Positions 37,801 through 49,300 of a stretch of DNA of 64,000 bases are shown here, in pieces. The stretch's first letter is position 1; each line of letters starts with the position of its first letter. The position numbers and the translations under genes are program-made. This DNA comes from Hydrolagus colliei. Taxonomy: Eukaryota. The DNA lies in contig CM068748.1 of assembly GCA_035084275.1 (NCBI GenBank), positions 10,230,001 through 10,294,000 of the forward strand. Reading direction: 5' to 3'. The notes beneath the pieces are model-generated. The model worked only from the letters and a program-made list of their open reading frames with translations. It ran no database searches and had not been told where the DNA came from.

Positions 37801-37978
37801 AAATATACAGTAACATGAGATCGGAGCCAACGTTAAGACTTGGACGATCCTTCGCTCCGCACCTGTTGTAACCGAGTTGTTATTGGCCGGAGCCCGTGTC
37901 GATCTGAAATGATCTCTGTATTAAAGTGGGACGGGGAGCGGGGTCACTCACTGGGCGGCAGGTGGTCACAGGAGGAAC

Positions 37979-38078
37979 ATGGCAGCGAGGTTACTGCTCC
38001 GGGCAACTCTTAACGGCCTCAGCCGCCTGGGGGGATCTGGGGCTGCCAGGAGCGGCGCCAGGACCGTGGTCTCCGGAG
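37979..38078 (+). CDS. COX5B: COX5B-like exon 1 (mitochondrial presequence)
   Basis: [33 protein letters not shown]; G|gtaaac. Confidence 0.88.
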
Positions 38079-40082
38079 GTAAACCCAACACCAGGCTCTG
38101 TATTAACAAGATTTTGAGCCTAAGGTGGGTGCAGGTCAGGGCGCGATGTGACTGACCTGTCCCNNNNNNNNNNNNNNNNNNNNNNNNNNNNNNNNNNNNN
38201 NNNNNNNNNNNNNNNNNNNNNNNNNNNNNNNNNNNNNNNNNNNNNNNNNNNNNNNNNNNNNNNNNNNNNNNNNNNNNNNNNNNNNNNNNNNNNNNNNNNN
38301 NNNNNNNNNNNNNNNNNNNNNNNNNNNNNNNNNNNNNNNNNNNNNNNNNNNNNNNNNNNNNNNNNNNNNNNNNNNNNNNNNNNNNNNNNNNNNNNNNNNN
38401 NNNNNNNNNNNNNNNNNNNNNNNNNNNNNNNNNNNNNNNNNNNNNNNNNNNNNNNATCACTGTGAGCGGCGCTGAGGCAAAAAAACTCGGATTTACCGAC
38501 GCGCGGTTGGACTCTCGTTTAAATGTTCGGATCTGGTTATCGCGCTGGCGGTTCTTTATTTCGACTGATTTGACTTTTTAAGGTCACACACAGACCCTGT
38601 TACACTAGGCCATAAGTCAGTGTGTTTACTCCGCCCCTTTGGGCAACAGTCGGCTGTGATTTGTGTGGAGGCTGGAAGCTGATTGAAGGACGTGCAGGAA
38701 TGTAGCGCTGGTGCTGGGCGCCATCATGCCTCTGTTTGACTGACCTTCCCCCCCTCCCCCCCCCCCCCCCGCCCCCCAATGTGATTCCAATTCATGTCAT
38801 AATAATCCTTGCATTCGATTTAGCGCTTTTTCACGTCTTCTAGATGTCTCAAGGCGCTTCACAGAATGTAAAGTGAATAGACTATATTTGTGGGTGAAAC
38901 GCAGCAGCCAATTGCACACAGCAGTGTCCCACAGACAGTCGTGGATTGAAATGACCGATTAATTATTGTGGTTTTATCTTTTGGACATATTATTATTAGG
39001 CGTGTGGAGTAAGGAAACGTGCCCGAGGTTTCACTCTGACCTGCCTGGATTCGAAACACAGGTTGAGAATTGTCAGTTTGGCTGTTAGCCTCTCGAGTCT
39101 GAAGGATATGGGTTCAAGCCTCACATCCAGACATGAACACACGGACACTCCATTACAGTGCTGGGGGAGTACCACATTGTTGCAAGTGTCATCTTTCAAA
39201 TTAGACCTTAAAGTCCAGTTTGTCTTTGCTAGAAATGGTCGTGTAAAATCATCCTTTCCCTATAGTAAAGCTACTGCTTTTAAAAATAACTATTTGCAAG
39301 CAATTGTTACTATGTTATTATTATAATACTGTAATTCTGTACTCAAGTGAGTGTGGGCAAATCAATTGGACAGATCTGTTCCGATATTAGTTAGGAATAT
39401 GTACTGTAACATGTGCTGTACTGTTAATAATTGTTAATGGTTCTTCATCTTTACATTAGGTATTCCAACAGATGAAGAACAAGCTACAGGACTAGAGCGT
39501 AAAACACTGCAAGCTTTGAAGAAAGGACAGGTAACTAATTTGCAATTTTTCCTTTTCTAAATGTTTAGTAGTTTCAACTATATTAATTATGCACAACCAT
39601 ATACTTTTTAATATCAATCTAAAAATGTTGTAAAAATGATTCATATTTATTTATATTTAACTGAAAGGAATTGTGATTTCTTTGTAGATTTGATTTCTAT
39701 ATAATTTTCCATCTTACACAAAAATATATTTTCATAGGATCCATACAGTATCTTGAAGCCTAAAGAATATGCAGGCACCAAGGAGGATCCTCACATTGTG
39801 CCTTCAACAATCGATAAGAGGCTTGTTGGTTGTCTTTGTAAGTCATGCATTTTATTAATTTTATAAGGTACTGTTTTTAATTGACTAGATGACATGCTTA
39901 GCTGAGATGAAAGGCTAAAAAGTACTTTTATTGTTATTGGAATTTAACAAACTATATTTCTCCTTACAGGTGAGGAAGAAAGCACTGCAATTATCTGGTT
40001 CTGGCTACATTCTGGAACACCTAACCGCTGCCCATCCTGTGGATCGCATTACAAACTTCAACATCATGACCTGCCTCATTAG
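37979..40082 (+). CDS. COX5B: Cytochrome c oxidase subunit 5B-family protein (cox5b2-like paralog), 4 exons, 127 aa
   Basis: Exons 37979-38078, 39460-39530, 39738-39837, 39970-40082. Arg-rich presequence, [16 protein letters not shown], Zn ligands GCLC and RCPSCG; AATAAA at 40203. Confidence 0.95.
38164..38455. other. Assembly gap (292 N)
   Basis: Run of N inside GC-rich intron 1. Confidence 1.
38800..39062 (-). mobile_element. tRNA-derived SINE, 5'-truncated
   Basis: Reverse complement of the 24049 copy. Confidence 0.88.
39460..39530 (+). CDS. COX5B: COX5B-like exon 2
   Basis: [24 protein letters not shown]. Confidence 0.96.
39738..39837 (+). CDS. COX5B: COX5B-like exon 3
   Basis: [33 protein letters not shown]. 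Confidence 0.96.
39970..40082 (+). CDS. COX5B: COX5B-like exon 4
   Basis: [37 protein letters not shown]. Confidence 0.96.
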
Positions 40083-43000
40083 CGTATAACACGATAGATC
40101 ACTTGAGCAATTAACAGCATCTTTCAGCCTTAATAATTTAAATATGAGGTTCATCACATGTTCTTGCTGAAAGCCAAATGGAAAAATTTGTGCACTTTAT
40201 TAAATAAAAATCTTTAGATATTTGCATCTCCTTCATTATAAGGCAGTTATTCCTAATTTATGGGTTGGCGGAGGGGAACTTTATCAAATAATAAGTAGCT
40301 TAAAATGTAACTTTAAACTAAGCCAAAAAAGACCTGGGGACGTACATAAGTTGGTGAAAGCTTTTTACTGAAATAGAAAATAGTAATTTTTTTTCTTCTA
40401 AATCAGATACTGAAGCAAATTTTGGCATCCTAAGACCATCACCCGGTCTGAATTCAATAGTCTAAATTCGAGAGATCAAACCTGGGAACCCACTGAGCTA
40501 TATACATCTGTGCATTAGTTATATTTTAACTATCACCAATAGAGGCACAATATTTCAATACTATAATTAAATTTGCAACATACAAGTGTGATTCTAAGTA
40601 ATCTTTCACCTGTGAAAAATTATGTAGGCACATATTAACTGCTGCTGAACATTGGCTTCTGATATACATGGCAAATGTACAATGGCAATGAACTTCAAGT
40701 TTTCCCATAGTTGAGTATTCACATAAAGTTGATGCTTTCTGTGGGAAGGAACACTGAAAACGTGACTAAGTCAACAAAGTGACCGTGTGTAGTGTGTTAC
40801 TTCTTGCCTTTGCTCGTGATCATTCACTGATGTGTATGTCGGGACACAACCCAAATGATGACATAGGAACTGAGCATGTGGAGAACTCATCAGAAAGAAA
40901 TTCATTTCAACGACCTGCAAAATCTGATTGAATTAAGTTATTTTTCTTGGACGTAATATTCAACTTTTCATATCCAATTCACAAACCGGCCTTTTTGGAC
41001 ACAAAAACACATCTCCTTTATTCAGATTAACGTTACAACAATATCTGCTAAAGTAACAGATTATACCACATATCACATTTTATCAAAGTGGGATTGAGAA
41101 TTCCAATGTAAACAAACACAATTTTGTAGTTACCGCAGTATACAATATACCACGAGGCACTTTAAAGAAATCAGCATTCATGTGATATTGTACTGGTTGC
41201 GGTTCAAGTCATTGGAAATTAAGACCCTGTGACCCTGTTCATTAAAATCAGTTTGAAGCCCAGTTACTTGATAGGTTCATGCTCTTGACGGAAGAGGCAT
41301 AATTTACTCCTATATTAAATTCTGCAGGAAGCTCAAACTTATTTAATTTGCATAAAAATGAAGCACTAATAAGGCTATGTATACAACAACTGTACACACC
41401 TGATTTAGTGGATTTGTACACAATCTGCTTAGTTTTCATCTAAAACTGAAAATGTTTATCTCATGCTTCTACGTGCACAATTCTTTCAAATTTAGCAATT
41501 ACTTTTATATCCATCTATCATCTACAGCTGGATGAAGCTGTAAAAGCTAATTACTTTTGGTTGCCACATTTCTACTAAAATATCACACCACAAAAGCAGC
41601 ATACAAGACGTGACACTGATTACTGTAGTAAGTTAAATCTTAAAGGGAGTTTAAACAATCATTCCTGAAATTAAATATTCAGGATTGTGATATATTAGAT
41701 ATTTGATATTAGTCTTTTAATAACTTTCTAAATCCATAGAAAAATTAAGACAAATTTCAGATCAGGATACATCCTATTAGCAAAATGATGAATTAATCTT
41801 GTAATCATTTTATTTTCAAATCTAAAGACATTAAAAAATAAGCATAATTAGTAACATGCCAAAAAAGGTCTGATCCATGCCAGCAACATAGTCATTCAAA
41901 AGAAAAAAAATTAATGGCATGGAATTCTGATTTAAATGCTTTAATCCCATGTTTTCTATGTGATCAATTTGATGCTAAATAACCACCCTAAAATACTTCA
42001 ATACTGTAATGTTGTTTCCACTTCTCTCACTGATTGTAAACAACCCACACACATTTCGGGCCAAATTACTGTAGCAACATTAACATTGCTTCTTTGAGTC
42101 ATTTAAAATAGAAAAAAAGGTATTCTTAAATCCAAATAAATAAGAAAGATTTTATAGAATCAAAATGGAGACAACTTTTTTGTTTCTATAAACTGAACTA
42201 TCTGCTGCTGTTGATTCCATTGTCTAACATAATAATCCCTTGAAAAAAACACAATAAAATTGGTCATTTCAATCCATGACTGCTGTGCGCAATTGGCTGC
42301 TGCATTTTATCCACAAATATACAGTCAATTCACTTTACAGTATATTCTGTGAAGCACTTTGAGACATCTAGAAGACTTGAAAAGCTCTATACCAAAATGC
42401 AAGGATATTATTGTTATTTCTGTAACACTAATCTTGGTATCTATGTCAGAAAATCAAATACTGAATTTGTTACAAAAAAAATCACATTTATTTCTCCCCA
42501 AAATATTTTGGAAGGCTACAAGTGAGCCTTGGGGTTTGTCTAGTTACATTTTTCATTTGTTTTGTAGAAGTAAAAAAAAATTAACTAGTAATTCAGAAAT
42601 AAGAGTGGAAATACCAGCTGATTATGTATATATTGTGATGTGCAGCTGCACTGCTGTCACAGGAATACCATCTCAATAAGGTTTTTCTATATAGCAAAAC
42701 ATCAGTTTATTACAAAAAACATGAAACACTATTTACAGAAATTCTCATGTAATTATACAAGTACAGTATAATTTCACATAAAACTTGAGAGATTATCCTC
42801 AGCCAATTAATGAAAATGTGAAACATTTGCCATGCAGCTGTTTGCTTATCCTTTTTGCCACATTAAAATTTCCACTTTGTATCTGCAAGAAAATGTATTA
42901 GTGCTTCCTCTGAATTTCTTTCCATTAGATCTGGGTCCTCAAATGTAATTTTAATGTAGCATTAATAGTATACCTGATCCTGTATAAATAGCTAAACTTA

Positions 43001-43137
43001 ACAATTTGTAGGTCTTATTATATGTTGTTGCTTAAATGGTTCCTGACACAAATTTATCAGCTTAGTAAAATGTGTCACTTTCAGGGAATTTTGTCTTCCA
43101 GCAAACCCAAGTACGATTTTTGGATTTCAGGGTGTTT

Positions 43138-43346
43138 TCACACCAAACTGAAGCCTTCATAATGGTCTATGGCTTGAATCAGTTTCTCTTGAAGGAGTTC
43201 TTGGCTTGTGTATTTTGGCAGATCTAGAAGATTAAAGCAGGTGTGTGCTACTGGAAGATAATCATTTCCACCTCCAGTTGACTGAATGATAATTTTTAGG
43301 CTCTTCATTCCAAGAATTGGGATACGATCACTGCCGGTCAGAAACA
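43138..43346 (-). CDS. HERC4: HERC4 last coding exon (catalytic Cys)
   Basis: [32 protein letters not shown]. Confidence 0.97.
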
Positions 43347-46300
43347 CTGCAAAAATAATTTTTAATAAAATCATCCCGATTCTCAGTTATATTCTGTGAA
43401 AAGGAAGTAATTTATACGGACCATATGACAACAAAGTGCTGCTTATACCCTTTAGAAATGCTACTTACACAGAAATTGTTTCTTCTTTTCCAAAGTCAAT
43501 CCATGGAACACTGCCCAAAAGAATGTAATTGTAGGATGATCTGGCCCATACTCTCCTTTGTATTCTGTATTCTGGATGAAAACAAAACATTTTGCTTGAA
43601 AAATTAAGACATCAATGTTCAATCAAACATTTTCTAGAATTATCAAATAACAACAAAATTACATTTGTATAGCACCTTTCACGTCAGGAGGACGTCCCAA
43701 AGCGCTGATGATGAATAAACTGGAAAAAAACAATTTGCATTTATGTAGCACCCTTCAAGCATCAAGGGTCGCATCCCGGAGAATTCACAGTAGGGTCCTT
43801 CAATATGGAATTTTCCGATATCGATATATCGGTGGGCTCATATCGATATATCTGTTTTTTTTTTATCTTGTGCGCATGCGCCTTGGGACGTCCTCCCGAC
43901 GTGAAAGGCGCTCTATAAATGTAATTTGTTGTTGTTGCATGGAAATAGTAATTAGTGGGAGGTGGGGGAATGACCAGTCTGCGCATGTCTGATTGTGTTT
44001 GGTGGTAGGGGGATGCGTGCGCATTCAGTATGCGTACTCTAGGCCCAGGAGGTTTGCGATGCTGGCGACAAGGTCCGTTAAATGCTATCTATGATTTTTT
44101 GTTAGTTTAAGGGAACGTAATGGGCATTTGAACCTTTGGTTGTATCTTTTCTGTATGCTGTAACGTGGCATCTGTTGACTATATACCGATATTTTGTCGA
44201 TATACCGATATTTTTTTTCATACCGAATTTTTTGATAAACCGATATATTTAAAATTCCGATATCGGTATATCGATTTGAAAATTTATACCGGTATAACCG
44301 ATATATCGCCAGACACTACTTCACAGTGGCAGAGTCTGAGAACGAGGTAAGTGGAGAGGGAGGTAACTGTAAGCACGACCAAAAAGTATGGTCTTTAGGC
44401 GGGATTTGAAGGTGGGGAGGGTGCAAGGCAGAGGGATCGAAGCAGAGACCCAGAGTTTTGGGCCGTAGTGGCTGAAGGTTCCACCGATGGTGGAGCAGAG
44501 GCCATCAATAGTTTAAAAATTTACATTCTTCTATAGTGATGTCTGTCAAAGGAATCATATTTATTAGAAAATACAAAGATAATTCTTCACTTTAAAGTAC
44601 CACTACCTTTTCTAATTCTTTCCAGTCATAGTTTGCATTTCCAATCACCATTGCTTGCAATTCATTGGGCTGGAAGAGCTGGAGTACCTTCCCTCCACAA
44701 ACTTTGTGAAAGCCTTCAAAGAAAGTATCAAATAATGCAGCAACTGACTTGTTGAACACATAGTCTACATAAGCTTCCACAAATTCATGCCTGTGGGAAA
44801 AATATCACAATGTAATAACATATTAAGATACTGCTGCAGTAAACTACTGAATATATATATATATATATATATCAAAAGACAAAAGCTGTTCATTTAGAGA
44901 TTAAAAATGACTTGTTAAATGAAAACTTGGTTAGAGAGTTTTAAAACAGTAAAACTCACATCATTTGGGACCATATAATTCAATATGATTTACACAAAGT
45001 TGTGGTATCAGTTGTATAAGTCCAAGGTGATTGACACAAGTAGTGTAAATAAATCTAAGCGGTTTTGATAAGAAACTGAACGATACTAGGGAATGTATGA
45101 TTTAGGCGATTAAACGATTTATAAAGATAAGATTTATGTGAATGTTACAGTCATATCAATTATGAGGATAAAAGTTTAAATCCAGTTATATAACAAACAT
45201 TTTACTTAGCTAATGAATTTTATATTTTGAATATGTATATTTGATATTATACAGCCATCAATATGCACATGAAAGCAGCATGAATATTTATTTAACAAGA
45301 GATCAAAAACATTTATTTCCATGATATATTACTGCAGTTTAAATTAATTCCAGCATCTCACCTGTTTTCATTAGTAACAGAAGTATTTATGCCATCAGGT
45401 ATCAGCTCTTTAATTTGTGTTACACCATATTTCTCCTCAGTAATCTGTTAAAATACAATGTTAACTAATTTTAAAAAGTTCAAAAAATATGGATGTCAGT
45501 TTGTATTCTTTTTTACTAATCTCACTGAGAACTTACTGTGAAGTTCAGGGAGAAGATATCTTCCACATTGTCTTCTGGATAATCCAGTAGTTGTTGTAAA
45601 CTCCTGGAATAAAAGTAGGTACAAAGCATTTTATAATATGCTGAGGAAAATCTGGTGATGTACATAAGGGGCCAATGTTAGAAGGACCTTAAGTTTCAAG
45701 TTGTCACATTAACTAACCTCCCAACATCAGGCATCAACTCCTTCAGATCATCCAAGGTTGTCTTATATGTTAGTAATTTTTTGTATAAAGCTAATGGAAA
45801 AGGCAAATCAACAATTGTAAAATTGTAGATTGCAAGACCACAGACGATTCCAATCAAATGAAACAAGTCATTGTCTTCAAAGGTCTACATAAGACAAAAA
45901 CAAAATAAAATTCAATGTAAACTTCATTTTTCTCAGTTTTACTGAATGCGTACAAAGAGATTCCAAAGTTCAGTGATGGATTCACGCAAGTTTACAATGA
46001 TAATTAACACTTTGTATGCTCTGCTTACAATGCTGCTAGTAGCCTGACCTCAAAGACTGAAAATAGTTAAGATTATATTAACATACTTTATTTATAAAGT
46101 TTGATATTTATATAGTGATATTATTACCAGAGGTTAGTCACAGAGAAAATTAAAACCCTAAGAAAATTAAAATGAAGATAAATGGGAGATAAATGAAGAT
46201 AAATTAAAAATAATATATTTAAAATAAATATATTTAATTTTAAAAACAGGTAGGACTACTTCATTCATTATATCACTGAAAGGCAGAATAAACAGATTGA

Positions 46301-49300
46301 GTCATCATTGGGTTTTTTTATATTACAATTATAACAGGAAAATAAAATGCTTAGAGATACTTACCAAAAGTTAAATGAGACATTTACATGAAACATATTA
46401 CATCAGGATTTCAAATATCAAAAATATAATTAAGTATAATTAAGAGTGCAGTATTAAAAGTCATAATATTCTTTGCCCACTGAACTAACACAATAAATAC
46501 AAATATTGTGTTAAGAACCATATTCGAACAGAGGTTGCAGGTGAAATTTATTTAGAAATATAGCTTGTTGAATGAATAGTAATTTCATACCTGAAATGAA
46601 AACCAGATGAGTCTTGATTCCTCATAGAATTGAAACATGCCATATTTAGGGTCTAATAATTCCCTCATAATCAAGAGAAAAAACTCCTTCCGGACACCCC
46701 CAGCATCTATGGCTTCTTCACCAACAAAAATTACCTAAAAGCATTAAGAAATATCATGGATTATAAGTTTGATGTAATATTAATGAAAATGATGTAGCCA
46801 TTAAGTTGCCAGGGTCAACAAAACTCGCTATTAAACCCAGAAGATCAGATTTCCCTGAAATTGCAGTGTCAGTCAACACAATAATACAGCGCCAGTGAAC
46901 ACAATTGTACATAGCTAAAACTACCTTCATTGGCTTCTTGTAGTCCACATTCTTCGACTTCCTCAATGCTTCGACAGCATCTTCAACAATGTGCTCTCTA
47001 CGTACAATTAGTACAAGGCAAGGATCAACTGCATCAACCACAGGCAAGAAAAAGGATGAGAAGTTTTGCCTGTTAGCCTGATCAACTGCCATCTGGAAAG
47101 AGAAAATTAATGACACACATATGTAGATTGTTGCCCATTTTGGTAAATCCTTTCGCACTATTAGATGCTGACTTCATAACATTCACTTACTTATAAATTG
47201 TACATTATTTTCAATAAATTATGAGAGATAGTATCAACAAAAATGATTTTCTCACCTGCATTTGCAACATGGCATCTGTCTGCAGTAATGCAGTCTTTGC
47301 TTGTGCATCAAAGACAAATGGATATGTGCAAATTGTAATTGGTATATCCTGCATAGGAAAAATAGATGAAGTTTACCATCACAATGTGTTGAGGAAGTTC
47401 CCGGCTTAAAGCTTAAATTAATTTGTACCTTAAATCTTAATATACAGTAGAACAAAATCAATTTGATTCGCTTCCAAGAATAAATGTTATCAAAACCTAA
47501 AGTATTAAATACAAACATATGATAGAGGCTAGAGGGATACCAAGCTTACCTCTTGTGTTCCACTGCTGAAGTCCTAAATCGTTAGACAAAAAAGCAGGAA
47601 AGTCAAAGTCAACAGGGGAGAAGAATAAATAATGTTGTCCTTGTAGTTTAAAGTCCAGTTATAGAAAGAGCTTTGCTATCAACATTGTGTTTGAAACTAA
47701 TTTGTTGAACTGTTACAAAACAATGAAGTGCATAAAATGCATTTTCAATAATACAATCTTTGATACCATTTGGGATTATGTTAGCAAATGGATCCCTTCA
47801 TTACATTTGAAAATGAGCCTGTAATGTCTATTGTTTGAAGTTATGACAAAATTAAGCCAAGCTATCATATGAACCTGAACTGAAAAGACTTGTGATTCAG
47901 AAAAAAGGATGGGAAGTCGTAGACTTCATGAGTGTAACAGGTAAGAGTCATCTTTAGGAATCCAGCACTTTTCCTTTCTTGAAGGTCAGTTTGAGAATTG
48001 AGCGTGGCATTGTATTATATGTAAGCTATTGCAAGAGGGTTTGTTAAAATTCAAGTGCAATATTCAGTAAATTAAAAATTTAATGAAATCATTGAGTTCT
48101 GTCTAAATTTGTACTTTTTATTTTTAAAAATCACCTAAAGGCATCAAAATGAGACAGTAGCCACGGGTAGAGCCATGCTTCTTCCAAATGATGTTCAACG
48201 TTTCATATCAATAGAAATTGCCATTATTGCATGGGGGAAAATTCAACCTCTCCTCTTCTTCCACCAAAGTGGTGGTGGTGGGAGGTGGGGGGTGGAAGAA
48301 GGAGAGGTTGAATCTCCACACAGAGAAGCAATCCAACCTGGAAGTTTCTGACAGTACTGGTTTTGTCATGAAATAAGAATTACCCTTTGTACTGCTTAAA
48401 GCTGCCTTCAGCATCCTGGACTTAGTTGTTCGAATTTTACTTAAAGAATTACTGTACTACTCTATTATGAGACAATGCCTCAAGGTGAGCAGATTCGTAA
48501 ACATATTTACAAAATATTTTCAGCTGTAAAAAGTGCTTTCATATTATTGTAAATTCATTACTGCACATCTACAAATTTGTACTTGAATGGGGTGCATAAC
48601 ATAAATCCAACCGTTATAGAAGAAGCAGTTGGTAAATAGCTTAGTTTTCAGAAGCCAGAAGGCATTTACTTACCAATCTATATGCCTGATGCTGAATCCA
48701 TGTAATATAATCATTCCTGATATCAATCAAGTCTTGTAATTCATGAATGTAGAATTTGGCATAATTAATTATTTCTCCAGTTTTCTCATTTACCTGTGAA
48801 ATGAAATTCCATAATTAGTTTGTTTTGAATTCTAACTTCTGAATAGCTGTGATTTGACATGAGTAAACTATGCAAAATCTACACATACAGTTCCTATATA
48901 ACTTTGTATGTAGACTCACTCTGTGCAGAATCTCCAGAATTTTAAGTGAAGTTTGTAGGTAGGTGAAGTAGTCCCTCCTTTCAGAAATAGTCATCATAGC
49001 CTTTGCACGTTGCAGAAGGGAGACTACCACATCCTTGTACAGTTGTACAATCTTCTGAAAGAACGCAGGTTCAAGTTGGGACCACCAGTTTTCTAAGGTG
49101 GATAATTGGAATGCATAAATAAGTTTGTGTTATTATGAATTAAAGAAGAGTGTTTGCCTATATCAGTCTATTTTCAATTAATATTTCAAGAATCAATAAT
49201 AGTTTAGGTTAAGTCCAAGTACATCCAGTGAAGTTCTTTGACAAGTCTGACAGACGTAATGAAGCACTATATCAAATGCAAGGATTATTATCATTATGGT

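Noticed and set aside
37966-38465. ORFs spanning X runs
   Set aside because: Artefacts of the N gap.
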